Positions 37,962 to 46,663 of a DNA stretch of 64,000 nucleotides are shown piece by piece. How positions within the stretch are numbered: position 1 is the first letter of the stretch; each line of letters opens with the position of its first letter. Source of the DNA: an uncultured Candidatus Saccharibacteria bacterium. Its GTDB lineage: Bacteria > Patescibacteriota > Minisyncoccia > Phycocordibacterales > Zambryskibacteraceae. Below the pieces are notes generated by a model, which was given only the letters and a program-made list of their open reading frames with translations, was not told the DNA's origin and did not search any database. Location of the stretch: assembly GCA_964383705.1 (NCBI GenBank), contig CAYLHJ010000001.1:37659-101658 (forward strand). The letters run 5' to 3'. The translations under genes were made by a program, and so were the position numbers.

Positions 37962-39677
37962 ATGTCCGCTATGAAAGCCTATACGGTACGAGAGTTTAAT
38001 TCCAAAGAATGTAATGACCTTGCTTCATACCCAGAATTGATTCAAATACTTCTTACTTCGCGAGGAATAAAGAATGAAGCTGAGGCGGAGAGATTTTTTG
38101 CTCCCAATTACGAATTAGATCTTCATGACCCATATCTTTTAAAAGATATGGAAAAAGCTGTCGCTCGGATTCTCGAGGCCATTAAAGAAAATCAAAAAAT
38201 CCTTATTTATAGTGATTATGATGCCGATGGTATACCTGGCGGGGTAATGCTCAAAACATTTTTTGATAAGATTGGATATCAAAATGTAGAAAACTACATA
38301 CCGCACCGTCATGATGAAGGGTATGGTCTTCATTTAGATGCTGTAGAAACATTTTTACCGCTTGATGTGAAGCTCATTGTCACTGTTGATTGTGGGATAG
38401 TAGATGTTGATCAAGTTAAGCGCGCCCAAGAGCTTGGTATGGATGTCATCATTACAGATCATCATGAACCAAATGGCGTTTTGCCAAATGCATATGCCGT
38501 TATTAATCCAAAACAATCTGATTGTATTTATCCCGAGAAAGGTCTCTGTGGTTCGGGTGTCGCCTTTAAATTAATTCAAGCTTTGCTTTTAAAAAACCGT
38601 TTTGGTTTGAAAGAGGGTCAAGAGAAATGGTTTCTTGATCTTGTTGGCATAGCCACTCTTTCTGATATGGTGCCGTTGGTTGGGGAAAATCGCGCACTTG
38701 CTCATTATGGACTGAAGGTTATTCGTAGATCGCCTCGTCCGGGATTGGTAAAATTTTGGAAAAAACTTCGAGTTGATCAGAGAAATATTACCGAAGACGA
38801 TATCGGCTTTTCTCTTGCTCCACGCATCAATGCCGCCTCTCGAATGGGTGAACCAATGGATGCCTTTAAGCTTCTTAAGACAGAAGATCATATAGAAGCA
38901 GATCTTTTAAGTGATCACTTAAACAAAATTAATGATGAGAGAAAAGGGGTTGTCGCTTCTTTGGTTAAAGGGATTAAAAAACATCTTCATGAAAAAATTG
39001 TAGACAATTCACTCGGCAAAGTCATAGTTATGGGGAGCCCTGAGTGGAAGCCAGCACTTCTGGGTTTAGTGGCGAATAGCATAATTGATGACTTTAAACG
39101 CCCTGTATTTCTTTGGGGGCGAAATGGTGACTCAATTATAAAGGGCTCATGTCGTTCGGACGGGAGTGTAAACTTGGTCGCTCTTATGGAGGAAGCTAGG
39201 GGTAATTTTTTACAATTTGGTGGACATAAACTTGCTGGAGGATTTGCTGTATCAAATGAAACCATCCACACTCTTGAAGATGAGCTTAATAGGGCATATG
39301 AAAAAGTAAAAGATAATAATGAGAAAGAGGCAATTTGGATAGATAAAAAGATTTCTATTGATGATATTAACTCTAGTCTTTATGAAAAGATAGAAAAGTT
39401 CTCTCCTTTTGGTATTGGTAATCCAAAGCCACTATTTCTTTTTGAGGGAGTTGAAATTTCTGGATCAAAACAATTTGGTAAAGAAAAAAATCACTTAGAG
39501 CTCTCTTTTCTAAAAAATAATGGTGAGAAACTTAAGGCAATTTCTTTTTTCTCAAAACCAGATTCATTCTCAAATATTCCTGAATCAGGTAAAAAAATTA
39601 ACCTTATCGCAACACTTGAAAAATCTACTTTTGGTAAGTATCCAGAACTTCGTCTACGAATTGTTGACATCATTTGA
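37962..39677 (+). CDS. recJ: Single-stranded-DNA-specific exonuclease RecJ
   Basis: DHH motifs (DYDADGI, DHHEP), DHHA1 domain and OB-fold C-terminus. Confidence 0.85.
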   Translation: MSAMKAYTVREFNSKECNDLASYPELIQILLTSRGIKNEAEAERFFAPNYELDLHDPYLLKDMEKAVARILEAIKENQKILIYSDYDADGIPGGVMLKTFFDKIGYQNVENYIPHRHDEGYGLHLDAVETFLPLDVKLIVTVDCGIVDVDQVKRAQELGMDVIITDHHEPNGVLPNAYAVINPKQSDCIYPEKGLCGSGVAFKLIQALLLKNRFGLKEGQEKWFLDLVGIATLSDMVPLVGENRALAHYGLKVIRRSPRPGLVKFWKKLRVDQRNITEDDIGFSLAPRINAASRMGEPMDAFKLLKTEDHIEADLLSDHLNKINDERKGVVASLVKGIKKHLHEKIVDNSLGKVIVMGSPEWKPALLGLVANSIIDDFKRPVFLWGRNGDSIIKGSCRSDGSVNLVALMEEARGNFLQFGGHKLAGGFAVSNETIHTLEDELNRAYEKVKDNNEKEAIWIDKKISIDDINSSLYEKIEKFSPFGIGNPKPLFLFEGVEISGSKQFGKEKNHLELSFLKNNGEKLKAISFFSKPDSFSNIPESGKKINLIATLEKSTFGKYPELRLRIVDII

Positions 39678-39720
39678 TATTCGGAGTATTTTTTGATCAG
39701 ACCACTTCAAGGAGAATAAG

Positions 39721-39954
39721 GTGAATATCTGGATATTGAATTATCGAAAGATCCCACCAGAAACAAGGGTTGGGAAGTTCATCGTTTTTCTAATTCTTTT
39801 TCTCTATCTTCTCTCAGCGCTCTTCATTGCCATTTCGTACTTGAGTGAAGAGTGGTTGTTCGTTCTTTTGTCGATTCTCTTCTTTGCGCTCGGGTATTTT
39901 ACTGATTTGATTGTTTACCCAATCGCATATCTCTGTGAATATAAAGACCCGTGA
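39721..39954 (+). CDS. Small two-TM membrane protein (GTG start)
   Basis: RBS AAGGAG 8 nt upstream of GTG; hydrophobic FIVFLILFLYLLSALFIAISYL. Confidence 0.45.
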   Translation: MNIWILNYRKIPPETRVGKFIVFLILFLYLLSALFIAISYLSEEWLFVLLSILFFALGYFTDLIVYPIAYLCEYKDP

Positions 39955-39984
39955 ACCGAAAGGTTCGCGGGTTTTGTTTTTTGC
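39947..39984 (+). terminator. Intrinsic terminator
   Basis: cccgtgaacc gaaa ggttcgcggg ttttgtttttt. Confidence 0.6.
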
Positions 39985-39996
39985 TATACTTCTAAA

Positions 39997-40716
39997 GTGA
40001 AATCAATTTCTATATTTACTGATGGCGCTTCAAGAGGAAACCCAGGTCCTGGCGGGTGGGGGGCAATCATTGTTCTTACAGAAACTGTAAAAGAGTTGGG
40101 AGGAGGAGAAAAAAGAACAACAAATAACCGAATGGAACTTACGGCGGTTATTGAAGCGCTAGCATTTTTGTCCAAATTAAAAATTAAAGAAAAAGAATTG
40201 GTCGTTAATGTTTTTACTGATTCAAGTTATGTCTTAAAAGGGGCAATGTCCTGGGTATATGGGTGGGAGAGAAATGGGTGGAAGACAAAACAAAAAGACG
40301 AAGTTTTAAATAAAGATCTTTGGGTGAAATTATTGAAACTGATTTCTATTTCTAAAATTAACTGGCAACTTCTTCCAGGGCATTCTGGGATACCAGGAAA
40401 TGAGCGTTGCGACATTATTGCTACCACTTTTGCTGATGGTTTAAAAATACAACTTTATTCTGGAAACAAGAGTGGTTATAAAATTGATGTTTCTTCGGTT
40501 ATTCAAACAAAGGCAAAAAAAAGAAAATCTTCTAAATCAAAAGTAAAACCATATTCATATGTGAGTAGTGTAAATGGGGCGGTAAAAACACATAGAACTT
40601 GGGCAGAATGTGAATCAAGAACAAAAGGGAAAAGTGGTGCGCTCTTTAAAAAATCCTTCTCTAAGGAAGATGAAAAAGCAATAATAGCTTTATGGAAAAG
40701 AGCATCTCATTTTTAA
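39997..40716 (+). CDS. rnhA: Ribonuclease HI with C-terminal hybrid-binding (Cauli_VI-like) domain
   Basis: RNase H fold ISIFTDGASRGNPGPGGWGAII...MELTAVIEAL...VFTDSSYV. C-terminal PYSYVSSVNGAVKTHRTWAECESRTKGKSGALFKKSFSKEDEKA resembles the HBD consensus. Confidence 0.8.
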   Translation: MKSISIFTDGASRGNPGPGGWGAIIVLTETVKELGGGEKRTTNNRMELTAVIEALAFLSKLKIKEKELVVNVFTDSSYVLKGAMSWVYGWERNGWKTKQKDEVLNKDLWVKLLKLISISKINWQLLPGHSGIPGNERCDIIATTFADGLKIQLYSGNKSGYKIDVSSVIQTKAKKRKSSKSKVKPYSYVSSVNGAVKTHRTWAECESRTKGKSGALFKKSFSKEDEKAIIALWKRASHF

Positions 40717-42194
40717 ATCGTAATCGTATCCCTTTTTTAATTTCAGGTTTTATTTTTGGTGTTTTAATCTCTTCATTTATTAGTATTGGGCAGAGGGTTG
40801 GCTACGGGTTATTTTTTGTCCATCTTTTTATCTTAGTTTTCTTGTTTTTTGCAAGAAATGTTTCTGTTAATCAACCGATTGCTGTTGTTTTATTGTTTCT
40901 CATGACCTTTTCTATGGGGATTATTCGTTTTGCAAAATATAATGAGGTGAATCTCGATCCAATTTTCGAATCTGCTGTTGGTAAAGAAATCACCCTTCAG
41001 TCTATTGTCTTAAAAGAACCAGAAGAAAAAGTTTCTTACAGACAATACATTGTTAAGGCACCAAAAGGCGATGCCAAGGTTCTTGTTAGGGGGGAAATTT
41101 ATCCAGTATTTAATTACGGAGATGAAGTTAAATTTACAGGAAGATTAGAAAAACCAAAAAACTTCGAAACTGATCAAGGAAAAGATTTTGATTACACTTC
41201 TTATTTAAAGAAAGACAAAGTTTATTACATTATTTCCTTTGCTAAAGGGGAGCTTGTTTCAGAAGGTAGTGGTAATTGGTTTAGAGAAAAACTTTTTACT
41301 CTAAAAAATAATTTTGTTAAGAATATAAATAATTTAATACCAGACCCTGAATCTTCTTTACTTGCGGGTATTTTACTTGGGTTAGAAGACTCTCTTGGGA
41401 ATGATTTAGAGGATGCTTTTATAAAAACTGGTGTAGTGCATATTGTTGTTTTGTCTGGTTACAACATTACTATCGTTGCTGAATCGCTTATAAAGTTTTT
41501 TTCTTTTGTTCCTAAGAATTTTGCTTTGGCAGGTGGTGCTTTTGGTATTATTTTATTTTCCCTAATGGTTGGCGGGTCTCCATCTGTAGTGCGCGCATCA
41601 CTTATGGCGATTCTTGTTCTTTTGGCGCGTGGTACAGGGCGAAAATATGATATTGGTCGAGCTTTGCTTATTGTTGGATTTGTAATGATTTTTTTGAATC
41701 CAAATATTCTTATCTTTGATATATCATTTCAACTCTCGTTTCTTTCTACCATCGCGCTTATTTGGATTTCTCCCATTATTAAAAATAAATTTAAAATAAT
41801 TCCAGAGCGTTTTGCTATTAGAGAAATTTTTTCTGCTACACTTGCCACTCAGTTTTTCGTCTTGCCACTACTTCTTTATAAGATGGGAGAATTTTCTTTA
41901 GTCGGACTTCCGGTAAATTTACTCATTCTTGGTTTTATCCCCGCGATTATGTTTTTTGGTTTTGTCGCGGGGTCAATAGGATTTGTTTCTTTATTAATCG
42001 CTACACCTTTTGCATTTCTCTCATACTTACTACTTGCTTATATATTAAAAATCGTTGATATTTTTTCAGCATTTTCTTTTGCTTCATTTCATATACCACA
42101 TTTTTCTCTTTCACTTATGATTGTATTTTATCTTTCTTATGGGTATTTATTTTTTAGATATTTTAAAAATAGAAAAGGCGCGTTACAAGAGTAA
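40692..42194 (+). CDS. comEC: ComEC/Rec2 competence channel, N-terminal (DUF4131 plus competence domain) part
   Basis: Polytopic membrane protein with GGSPSVVRASLMAILVLLARGTGRKYD competence-domain signature. Confidence 0.8.
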   Translation: MEKSISFLNRNRIPFLISGFIFGVLISSFISIGQRVGYGLFFVHLFILVFLFFARNVSVNQPIAVVLLFLMTFSMGIIRFAKYNEVNLDPIFESAVGKEITLQSIVLKEPEEKVSYRQYIVKAPKGDAKVLVRGEIYPVFNYGDEVKFTGRLEKPKNFETDQGKDFDYTSYLKKDKVYYIISFAKGELVSEGSGNWFREKLFTLKNNFVKNINNLIPDPESSLLAGILLGLEDSLGNDLEDAFIKTGVVHIVVLSGYNITIVAESLIKFFSFVPKNFALAGGAFGIILFSLMVGGSPSVVRASLMAILVLLARGTGRKYDIGRALLIVGFVMIFLNPNILIFDISFQLSFLSTIALIWISPIIKNKFKIIPERFAIREIFSATLATQFFVLPLLLYKMGEFSLVGLPVNLLILGFIPAIMFFGFVAGSIGFVSLLIATPFAFLSYLLLAYILKIVDIFSAFSFASFHIPHFSLSLMIVFYLSYGYLFFRYFKNRKGALQE

Positions 42195-42207
42195 CGCGCC
42201 TTGTCAT
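42177..42207. terminator. Hairpin at the comEC 3' end / junction with the higher-GC block
   Basis: aggcgcgttac aagag taacgcgcct inverted repeat. Confidence 0.4.
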
Positions 42208-42211
42208 GATT

Positions 42212-42499
42212 CTACGAGCTGCCAGATGGGCCGTAGGGGAATCCGTCTTCGTGACGGAGCCTTTGCCTCCCTGTGACATGGCCACAGTCCAAACAACACT
42301 CTTGAAAACTGGCGGCCCCCTCCTCCGCCAGAATGTTTCTCTTATGGTCGGGGTAGCGACGCTTCTTTCCTCTGCTCCCGCACTGGGGGCACTGAGGGAA
42401 AAAGTACTCAATGATCAGGATAAAGGCCGTCACATTGATCATAATCGCCACCATAAGTAGGGACAATTCCCATTCCTCAAGACTGGCTAGCCAATTCAT
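42212..42499 (-). CDS. Small TM plus zinc-ribbon protein (higher GC)
   Basis: N-terminal TM (LLMVAIMINVTAFILII), then CPQC...CLDC. The overlapping plus-strand ORF 42206..42460 is judged less likely. Confidence 0.4.
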   Translation of the reverse strand: MNWLASLEEWELSLLMVAIMINVTAFILIIEYFFPQCPQCGSRGKKRRYPDHKRNILAEEGAASFQECCLDCGHVTGRQRLRHEDGFPYGPSGSS

Positions 42500-42542
42500 A
42501 AATCCCTCCGTTCAAGGTTTTGTTTGGTTGGGTGGCGATAAC

Positions 42543-43226
42543 CTAGATGAGCCCCTTGTATAAGAAGAACAGTCGAGTCAGAAATTCATATGGATATGCG
42601 GTGATTGCCCATCGCCAACGCTTCTGACTGAACTTGTGTTCGAATTTCATCTTCGGGAGATCTGGTGGAATGATAACCTCGAGGCCAAGGCGCTCATAAA
42701 TCCACCGAGCTCGCCATGCGTGTGGGTAAGTGGCAATTAGAATTACTCTTGACCAACCCATCTCATCGCACAACTCCTTTTGAAGTCTGGCCACGCCATC
42801 ACTGCCACTATATTTACTAGAGAAGATACTTGTGTTGCTATCGAACGGGGTATTTCCCAGAATGTGGATGCCTCGTTGCTTGATGATTCTTCCAACCTCG
42901 GCTTGAGGAAAGATGGGGATACCAAGCATTTTGTGATAATGCTGGGCGCAATCAGCAAGCCCCATGTTTGATTTACTGGGCAACCCACCTTCCAAATCAG
43001 ACGCGGCTTGAGTAACAATTAGCTGGGCGTCTTGTAGACGTCCTTCTCCGGGCGGTTTTCTCCAATTGAAGATACATTGGAATAGGCGGAAAAGAGTTGA
43101 ACTGGGCTCCTTGCGGAGTCTAGCCAAGAAACCGAACATCGATCTCTCCTCGATAGGAATTCTGCGTACCTTACAACGGGCAATATTTCCAGAAGTTATA
43201 TAATCATAACTACAGCCACATGTCAA
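42543..43226 (-). CDS. DUF218 (YdcF/ElyC-like) domain protein, higher GC
   Basis: GWSRVILIATYPHAWRARWIYERLGLEVI resembles the DUF218 core. GC about 50%. Confidence 0.5.
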   Translation of the reverse strand: MTCGCSYDYITSGNIARCKVRRIPIEERSMFGFLARLRKEPSSTLFRLFQCIFNWRKPPGEGRLQDAQLIVTQAASDLEGGLPSKSNMGLADCAQHYHKMLGIPIFPQAEVGRIIKQRGIHILGNTPFDSNTSIFSSKYSGSDGVARLQKELCDEMGWSRVILIATYPHAWRARWIYERLGLEVIIPPDLPKMKFEHKFSQKRWRWAITAYPYEFLTRLFFLYKGLI

Positions 43227-43250
43227 ATGTAGATTAGAAGAAGTTTTTGT

Positions 43251-43844
43251 TTATAGTGCTTTTTTAAAATTTTCTTCAATTACATTCCAATTAAGGTTTG
43301 CAAAAAAATCTTCAATGTAATTTTTCTTTCCGCTTGGTTGGTAATCTGCTACGAATGCATGCTCCCACATATCAATACCTAATACCCATGGAAGGCCGGT
43401 TAAATGTCCTAAGTGCTGTTCGTCTACCCATTGAGTGAGTAATCTTTTTGTAAGAGGGTCATAGTAAAGGACTGCCCATCCTACTCCGCGAGTAAGGGCG
43501 ATGGCCTTAAAAATGTTTAAAAATCCATCAAAGGAACTCCATTCTTCCTCAATCGCCTTTTTTAGAAGTGAATCACTACTTATTAAAGATGCGCCACCTT
43601 CTAAACTTTTGAAATAGTATTCGTGGTTTCGCATACCATCAAATTCGAATGCAAATCTTCTTTGAAGTTCTCCTAAAGCATAGGCATTTTTCTCACTATC
43701 TTTTCTGTATTCTTCAATTGTTTCAAGAATAGTATTCGCGTTCTTTACATAGCCCGAATAAAGCTTTAAATGTTCCTCAATATTCTTTGTCGTTATTCCC
43801 TTAAGTTCTGGGATAGTAAATTTTTGTTCTTCAAATTTTTTCAT
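43251..43844 (-). CDS. sodA: Fe/Mn superoxide dismutase
   Basis: HHxKHH-type N-terminus, DMWEHAF and QWVDEQH motifs. Host-like low GC. Confidence 0.85.
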   Translation of the reverse strand: MKKFEEQKFTIPELKGITTKNIEEHLKLYSGYVKNANTILETIEEYRKDSEKNAYALGELQRRFAFEFDGMRNHEYYFKSLEGGASLISSDSLLKKAIEEEWSSFDGFLNIFKAIALTRGVGWAVLYYDPLTKRLLTQWVDEQHLGHLTGLPWVLGIDMWEHAFVADYQPSGKKNYIEDFFANLNWNVIEENFKKAL

Positions 43845-43933
43845 ACTTATTATTGTATCATTTTACCCTTTTTCATTTCCGTGCTAGAAATTAGTATAGT
43901 CACTGCTCATTCTTACTATCTTCTGGAGGCAAT

Positions 43934-44389
43934 ATGCCTGGCGTAATGAATTCCAAGCCACATATTCAAGATCTTATTGGCCAAGATCTCTCTGGCTTCA
44001 AGCTTGCAATTGGGTTCACCGCTCGTCTCAAACGAGGCCATGTGGGGTACTTCCCGCTAGTTTACAATAGGTTAAGAAGAACTGTGCGACAGGACATTTC
44101 CTCTTACCAGGACATCGTAGTCACCTTAGAGAAATCAACAATAGCCAAAGTGGCTAATCTTCTTGAATATCGACCCCATGAGATCGAGAGGGTGGTTGTC
44201 TTGGTCAACGAATCTCAAGAACTTGGGTTCTTTATTGAGGGTGTAAACATTTCAACCGTCATTCGATACTCAGACGCCTTACCTGCTTGTATTTCCGGAC
44301 AGCTCTTTCATCTTCTTACTGAAGATCGGTTAACTGTCCTGGCCCGACAAAGTGAAGAACCTTTCAAGTGGGCATACGGTCTTCTGTAA
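43934..44389 (+). CDS. Hypothetical protein, higher GC
   Basis: GGAGG RBS 5 nt upstream of the ATG. About 50% GC, no recognisable domain. Confidence 0.45.
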   Translation: MPGVMNSKPHIQDLIGQDLSGFKLAIGFTARLKRGHVGYFPLVYNRLRRTVRQDISSYQDIVVTLEKSTIAKVANLLEYRPHEIERVVVLVNESQELGFFIEGVNISTVIRYSDALPACISGQLFHLLTEDRLTVLARQSEEPFKWAYGLL

Positions 44390-44396
44390 AAGATGC

Positions 44397-44430
44397 TCTG
44401 CCGCGCGCCACATGGCGCGCGGCTTCTTTT
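44397..44430 (+). terminator. Intrinsic terminator (near-perfect GC palindrome)
   Basis: ctgccgcgcgcca catg gcgcgcggcttctttt. Confidence 0.55.
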
Positions 44431-44443
44431 ATATAATAAATAT

Positions 44444-45301
44444 ATGGATTATTTGCGGAAAAACCGGAAAGAGTTTATTGTCGGCACGCTTTTTATTTTT
44501 AATCTTTTAATCTGGCTTCGAGTCTATTCTATTCAACCTAGGGATTATGTTTCCGTATCTTTTTTTGATGTCGGTCAGGGTGATGGGGCCCTTATAGAGT
44601 CTACAAATCGCAATCGGATTTTAATTGACGGAGGTAAAGACAAATTTGTTTTGCGAGAAATTTCAAAAGCTCTGCCATTTTTTGATAGACACATTGATGT
44701 GGTCATAGAATCTCATCCCGATAAAGATCATATTGGTGGCTTGCCAGAAGTTGTGAGCCGTTTGAGTGTCGGAGCATTTATGGAACCGGGGGTGGAATCA
44801 GAGAATAGTGTGGATGATGAACTGAGGAAAAGAGTTTTAGGAAAAAATATTCCAATTTTTCTTGCTCGCGCGGGGCAGATTATAGATATGGGAGATGGTT
44901 CGTATTTTAAGATACTTTTTCCTGATAGAGATGTCTCTGGTGTAGATACCAACGATGCTTCAATAGTCCTTCAATACATTTATGGTGACACCTGTTTTCT
45001 TTTTACTGGAGACTCTCCGGTAAAAATTGAAGAATATCTAATTGGTGTTTATAAAGAGGAATTAAATTGCGAAGTTTTAAAGGTGGGGCATCATGGCTCA
45101 CGCACTTCAACAAGCGAAGAATATTTATATTTTGTAAAACCAAAGTTTGCTGTCATTTCAGCCGGCAAAGAAAATTCATACGGACATCCGCATCAAGAGG
45201 TCTTGGATAACTTAAATAAGTTTAAAGTAAAAATTTTAAGCACGATTGAGGATGGGACTATTAAATTTATTTCAAACGGTTTAGAGATAAGAAAAAAGTA
45301 A
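44444..45301 (+). CDS. ComEC C-terminal-type metallo-beta-lactamase domain protein with N-terminal TM
   Basis: DVGQGDGALIE...HPDKDHIGG...LKVGHHGSRTS MBL motifs. Start at 44444 preferred; the upstream ATG at 44393 lies inside the terminator hairpin. Own TATAAT element upstream. Confidence 0.75.
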   Translation: MDYLRKNRKEFIVGTLFIFNLLIWLRVYSIQPRDYVSVSFFDVGQGDGALIESTNRNRILIDGGKDKFVLREISKALPFFDRHIDVVIESHPDKDHIGGLPEVVSRLSVGAFMEPGVESENSVDDELRKRVLGKNIPIFLARAGQIIDMGDGSYFKILFPDRDVSGVDTNDASIVLQYIYGDTCFLFTGDSPVKIEEYLIGVYKEELNCEVLKVGHHGSRTSTSEEYLYFVKPKFAVISAGKENSYGHPHQEVLDNLNKFKVKILSTIEDGTIKFISNGLEIRKK

Positions 45302-45302
45302 A

Positions 45303-45345
45303 ACCGCTACCTATATGCTAGCAGGGTAGCGGTCTACCGCCTCAA
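45303..45345. terminator. Bidirectional terminator hairpin
   Basis: ccgctacc tatatgctagca gggtagcgg. Confidence 0.4.
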
Positions 45346-45631
45346 CCACCTTTTCCTTGATTTGGTTGAGATCGAAGTTGGGTAGAGCTCTGACGTGGAT
45401 GAATCCGTACTTGAATGTGACGAACTCAATGCCCTCTATCCTCAAGATGTCGGAGAGAAGCGCGCGCGCTTCGCACCAAGATCTCATGGATGAAAGAACC
45501 CCATTTACATATTCTGGGCTGTTTACGATAGGAGAGATCGTAAGGCGACAGCACATGTAAAAGTGGGGCTTGAACACCATCTCTCTCGGATGTATTTCCG
45601 AGGCCGGTTCGGGACAAACCCCGATAGTCAT
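45311..45631 (-). CDS. Hypothetical protein, higher GC
   Basis: AAGGAG RBS upstream of the ATG; 106 aa; about 50% GC. Confidence 0.45.
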   Translation of the reverse strand: MTIGVCPEPASEIHPREMVFKPHFYMCCRLTISPIVNSPEYVNGVLSSMRSWCEARALLSDILRIEGIEFVTFKYGFIHVRALPNFDLNQIKEKVVEAVDRYPASI

Positions 45632-45692
45632 GACTTCTCCTTGAAAGAGCGACTTTGACTATTCTATCAAAGAAGAATATAAAGACCTGTGA

Positions 45693-46121
45693 TTAGCTTT
45701 TCTCCTCAATACTTTTATAACCAAGTAAAGCAAGCACTAATATATATACGATGTGGTCATCAAGAAGGGGGTTATTTTCAGGTGGGAAAACCGCCAAATA
45801 CATGAGCAAAAGCATTAATGAGCCAGCTATAGCGCCCCACTTAACATATCTATTAAATACGAGTGTAACGCCGACAAATAGAAGACCTAACATAAATATC
45901 CAGTCTACAGCCTCAATTCCTGCAAGGCTTTTAAAAAATGGAGCAAAGGGTCCCTTTGTAGCAAATGATAGAAAGCCATATGTTGGCGATCCGCCGTTAA
46001 TCCAAGCTTTTTCAGCTGTTGTTGCAAAACCTAAACCAATTAATTTATCAAAAAAAGCCCAAAGGAAAATCAAACCCATTACTATACGCAATTTTATGTA
46101 TAACAATTTTTGTATTTTCAT
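45693..46121 (-). CDS. DoxX-family membrane protein
   Basis: Four hydrophobic helices; VMGLIFLWAFFDKL...GSLMLLLMYLAVFP. Confidence 0.65.
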   Translation of the reverse strand: MKIQKLLYIKLRIVMGLIFLWAFFDKLIGLGFATTAEKAWINGGSPTYGFLSFATKGPFAPFFKSLAGIEAVDWIFMLGLLFVGVTLVFNRYVKWGAIAGSLMLLLMYLAVFPPENNPLLDDHIVYILVLALLGYKSIEEKS

Positions 46122-46186
46122 ATAAATGAAATTATAGCACTTTCATTTTTGTGGATATTTTGCACATGTTATTAACTTTCAGACAA

Positions 46187-46225
46187 ACAAAACGGCCGAC
46201 AATTTATGTCGGCCGTTTTGTTTAT
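46187..46225. terminator. Bidirectional terminator
   Basis: aaacggccgaca atttat gtcggccgtttt. Confidence 0.55.
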
Positions 46226-46235
46226 TAATAAAAAT

Positions 46236-46346
46236 TTATCTCTTCCTTTTCAAAGCGAGTTTAGCTCTTTTTGCTGCCAAACGCTTCTTTGTTTTTCTTG
46301 AACGCGATGTTTTATTTTTTGTATTTACACTTGCTCTTTTTGCCAT
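46236..46346 (-). CDS. Tiny (36 aa) extremely basic protein, possibly a small ribosomal-type protein
   Basis: MAKRASVNTKNKTSRSRKTKKRLAAKRAKLALKRKR, read by hand. It is not in the supplied ORF list (below the length cutoff). Confidence 0.35.
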   Translation of the reverse strand: MAKRASVNTKNKTSRSRKTKKRLAAKRAKLALKRKR

Positions 46347-46409
46347 GCGTTAATTATATATTAGAAAGTTGATATTTCTCAAAATAAAAACACACCGAAG
46401 AGGATGTTT

Positions 46410-46652
46410 TTATATAACTCCAGCTTTTTTGAGAGTTCGATAAGCTCCGTTTTTCTGTATTGTTTTGATTGCTTTGGTGGAGAGGGTGATGACGACAGTC
46501 TTTTTAAGCTCAGGAACATAAATCCTCTTTTTTTGGAGATTTATATATTTTCGGACCATTCCTGTAGGGTTAAATTGGGTAGCACGAGTCCGGTTGCTGT
46601 ATCCGCCACCCATTCGAGAGCCCTTTTTTGTAACTGCGCAAACTTTAGCCAT
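46410..46652 (-). CDS. rpmB: 50S ribosomal protein L28
   Basis: MAKVCAVTKKGSRMGGGYSNRTRATQFNPTG...VPELKKTVVITLSTKAIKTIQKNG. Confidence 0.8.
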   Translation of the reverse strand: MAKVCAVTKKGSRMGGGYSNRTRATQFNPTGMVRKYINLQKKRIYVPELKKTVVITLSTKAIKTIQKNGAYRTLKKAGVI

Positions 46653-46663
46653 ATATTTTAGAA

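Noticed and set aside
42206-42460. Plus-strand 84 aa ORF overlapping the minus-strand Zn-ribbon protein
   Set aside because: The minus-strand frame has a TM helix plus CxxC..CxxC and lies in an operon with DUF218 and sodA. The plus-strand ORF would start inside the comEC terminator hairpin.
44393-44443. Upstream ATG (44393) as start of the ComEC-MBL gene
   Set aside because: That ATG and the following codons lie inside the near-perfect GC palindrome terminator (ccgcgcgcca catg gcgcgcgg). The downstream ATG at 44444 follows a TATAAT element and gives a normal TM-helix N-terminus.
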